This document shows positions 62,097-64,000 of a stretch of 64,000 nt of DNA, piece after piece. A program made the position numbers and the translations under genes. Source of the stretch: an uncultured virus (IMG/VR IMGVR_UViG_3300015375_000848) (taxonomy: Duplodnaviria; Heunggongvirae; Uroviricota; Caudoviricetes); the IMG/VR virus record IMGVR_UViG_3300015375_000848, one strand, 5' to 3'. Positions within the stretch are counted from its first letter, which is position 1. Each line of letters starts with the position of its first letter. Under the pieces are notes generated by a model, which had not been told where the DNA came from, did not search any database, and saw nothing but the letters and a program-made list of their open reading frames with translations.

Positions 62097-62465
62097 TTAT
62101 AGTTTAGTCCATCCATTATTCCAATATCCTTGACCATAACTTATACATATTTCTTCATCTTTTTTTATATCTCTAAGTGTATAAACACCGATTCCGATAT
62201 CACAAGTAAACCAAAATGCATTATTAAAGTCGTCATGATTGTAAACTGAAATATATCCTAATGCAATTACATAATTATCACTATTCTGTGGAAAGGAAAA
62301 TGCAAGTTTTTTTATTTGATAGGGGGTGTTAGCCCAATTAGTGGAATAGCAGCTACTAATCGGAGATAGCTCCAACATCGTGTTAGCTGGTATATCATTT
62401 TTTGCGTAAACCCCTAACCCTTTAACGCCTTTAGCTAAATACATTTCTGGACTTATAAAGTACAT
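62097..62465 (-). CDS. SET-domain methyltransferase
   Basis: KGLGVYA..DI, YNH....NA, LRDIKK.EEI.ISYG..YW. Confidence 0.85.
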   Translation of the reverse strand: MYFISPEMYLAKGVKGLGVYAKNDIPANTMLELSPISSCYSTNWANTPYQIKKLAFSFPQNSDNYVIALGYISVYNHDDFNNAFWFTCDIGIGVYTLRDIKKDEEICISYGQGYWNNGWTKL

Positions 62466-64000
62466 TATCGGAAAGATTTGTTTTGTTTGTCTATTAAAGA
62501 GAAACCATCAAATTGACTTGTTATTCTATTGTTTAAAATACCCATTTTATATTCAGATGTTTTGAATATGTAATTAAAAAACATGTCACTGGCATCCCAC
62601 TTCTCGGTTCTTAGCTTATTTTTTAGCCACTTCTTGGTAAATTTTGCAAACATTATGCACTGAAGACCAATAATATGATTTGTAATAAACAATAAATTTT
62701 GGTTATCTATGTTTTGAATTTTGGGAGATTGAAGCCAACCATGTTCTAATGTTTTAGTATCTCCAAAACTAAAGTACCCAATATTGTTTTCCTCACAAAT
62801 TTTAGCTGATTCATAAACCTTTGCACAAAATTCCTCTATTGGAACCTCTATTTTACAGTCTCCTTCGCAAACTATAAGGAAATCACAATCTTCAAATTCG
62901 CTTAAAATTGCATTTTTAAATGCTTCATAACATCCGTAATGTGCTGGTGTTAAAGCTGTACTAAACTTCTGAACCTCCTCTTCAGTAAATAATCTATCTG
63001 AAACAGCGTTGGGTCTCTGACAATTTGTTTTTGGGGGTATATCCTTATAAGGCTCATTTACATGTAAAATGTATTCAATTCCATGAGCAGCTACTTGCTT
63101 GAGCTGATTTCTACTTTGCTCTTCTCTTTCATCATTATACGTTGTTTGTATATGTACCAGTTTAACTTTAGGTTTTTTATTAACCCACTTGAAAAGCCCA
63201 GTTTTTGAATACTTATCTAAATTACTTGAGTTGATTTCGTATACTTCTTCTTTATATTTATTATCTCCATCAAAAAATTGTATAACAACTTCAATGTTCT
63301 TGTTATTGTATACAAATTCTTTTTTAAATTCTCTGCTTTTACTGATTTGAAAGCTTCCGTTGTAGAACTCCCCACCGTCTTCCTTCATGATTACCCTAAC
63401 TATTCTATCGTCAATGTTATATGTAAAAAAGTAAAACATGAAACGATTTTCTTCCTTCGCAATAGGCAAAATAGAATAATATTCAGAATTGGATGCAACA
63501 CCTAAACCGCTATTTTTCAAAATCGTCTCTTCATCATTCACTACTAGATTAATATTTTCATGTCCAGATACTTTTTTCATCATGTAATCTTCTAAAAAAT
63601 TGTGAGCTCCCGTTCTCTCGCATGCCGAATTATATTCATTAGCAGTTCTAACATCGTCAAAAACACTTAAGAAAAAGTCAACATCAAAGGTCATCCCATT
63701 AGTTTGAATGCCTAAACCGAAGGGTGTTTTGTTAGTACCTAAATATGCAGTATTTGATTTCGATACGGATTCAAAAGACTCCTCTACGGTAGGTATGTCA
63801 TTAGGGTTTAATATGACATCATAAGTGGTGTAAAAGAACCTTTTGTACCCTAAGTTTTTCGCAAATTTGGTGGCTGTGAATAAGTTTACAAGAACGGTTA
63901 GCGACTGATTACTGTGTTTCAGTCCGTTTATATTCATATCAGTATGAAATTCATTTGTATGTCTATAAAACTTAGTATAATATGAGTGATGACATAGGGG
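62465..64000 (-). CDS. Multi-domain glycosyltransferase-like protein (5'-partial; C-terminal GT25-like domain)
   Basis: Frame stays open to the window edge; HYGCY.A....I, CEGD, W...D, Q..G.S.ID motifs. Confidence 0.65.
   Translation of the reverse strand, partial: PLCHHSYYTKFYRHTNEFHTDMNINGLKHSNQSLTVLVNLFTATKFAKNLGYKRFFYTTYDVILNPNDIPTVEESFESVSKSNTAYLGTNKTPFGLGIQTNGMTFDVDFFLSVFDDVRTANEYNSACERTGAHNFLEDYMMKKVSGHENINLVVNDEETILKNSGLGVASNSEYYSILPIAKEENRFMFYFFTYNIDDRIVRVIMKEDGGEFYNGSFQISKSREFKKEFVYNNKNIEVVIQFFDGDNKYKEEVYEINSSNLDKYSKTGLFKWVNKKPKVKLVHIQTTYNDEREEQSRNQLKQVAAHGIEYILHVNEPYKDIPPKTNCQRPNAVSDRLFTEEEVQKFSTALTPAHYGCYEAFKNAILSEFEDCDFLIVCEGDCKIEVPIEEFCAKVYESAKICEENNIGYFSFGDTKTLEHGWLQSPKIQNIDNQNLLFITNHIIGLQCIMFAKFTKKWLKNKLRTEKWDASDMFFNYIFKTSEYKMGILNNRITSQFDGFSLIDKQNKSFR

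Noticed and set aside
25221..62465. Eukaryotic giant virus (NCLDV) origin suggested by the SET, Tlr6F-like, collagen and A32-like genes
   Set aside because: Operonic overlapping genes, Rho-independent terminators, Bacteroidota promoters, three peptidoglycan hydrolases and holin-like genes indicate a bacterial host.
1..64000. Alternative genetic code (stop-codon reassignment)
   Set aside because: Coding density is high under the standard code, and TAA, TAG and TGA all terminate intact genes.
1..64000. CRISPR array, tRNA, rRNA, integrase/transposase, reverse transcriptase/DGR
   Set aside because: No regularly spaced repeat-spacer array, cloverleaf or catalytic motifs were recognised by eye; short RNAs could have been missed.

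Overview
The whole window reads as part of one large, AT-rich lytic virus genome, and no cellular housekeeping genes are seen. The host is probably Bacteroidota: there are no Shine-Dalgarno sites, leaders are A-rich, promoters resemble TTTG-N19-21-TAnnTTTG, and the virus encodes peptidoglycan hydrolases. Layout: (1) 0.1-7.6 kb, early/replication genes (DUF932, HTH, Phg_2220_C initiator, N4/N6 DNA methyltransferase). (2) 7.6-13.1 kb, glycan-modification genes and a spanin-like pair. (3) 13.4-25.2 kb, large modular 'polyvalent' proteins whose domains are separated by about 25 copies of a [M/Y/F/L]-x-x-G-G motif, plus an AAA+/vWA-like pair. (4) 25.2-43.7 kb, lysis and virion module with an FtsK/HerA (A32/P9-like) packaging ATPase, a separately transcribed beta-rich 234-aa candidate jelly-roll major capsid protein, a zincin protease, and more than 15 small single-pass membrane proteins; no terminase, portal or tail genes are recognisable. 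(5) 43.8-57.5 kb, four very large, nearly Pro-free Gly-Thr/Ser-Ser collagen-like fibre proteins. (6) 57.5-64 kb, a convergent minus-strand glycosylation locus (TibC/Aah-like O-heptosyltransferase, GT4, GT9-like, carbamoyltransferase, SET domain). The best candidates for undescribed biology are a large tailless, membrane-containing (Varidnaviria-like) bacterial virus; a di-glycine-delimited polyprotein/cargo system with candidate proteases; and a split-domain, possibly heterotrimeric, O-glycosylated collagen fibre. All family assignments come from motif recognition by eye; no database searches were run.
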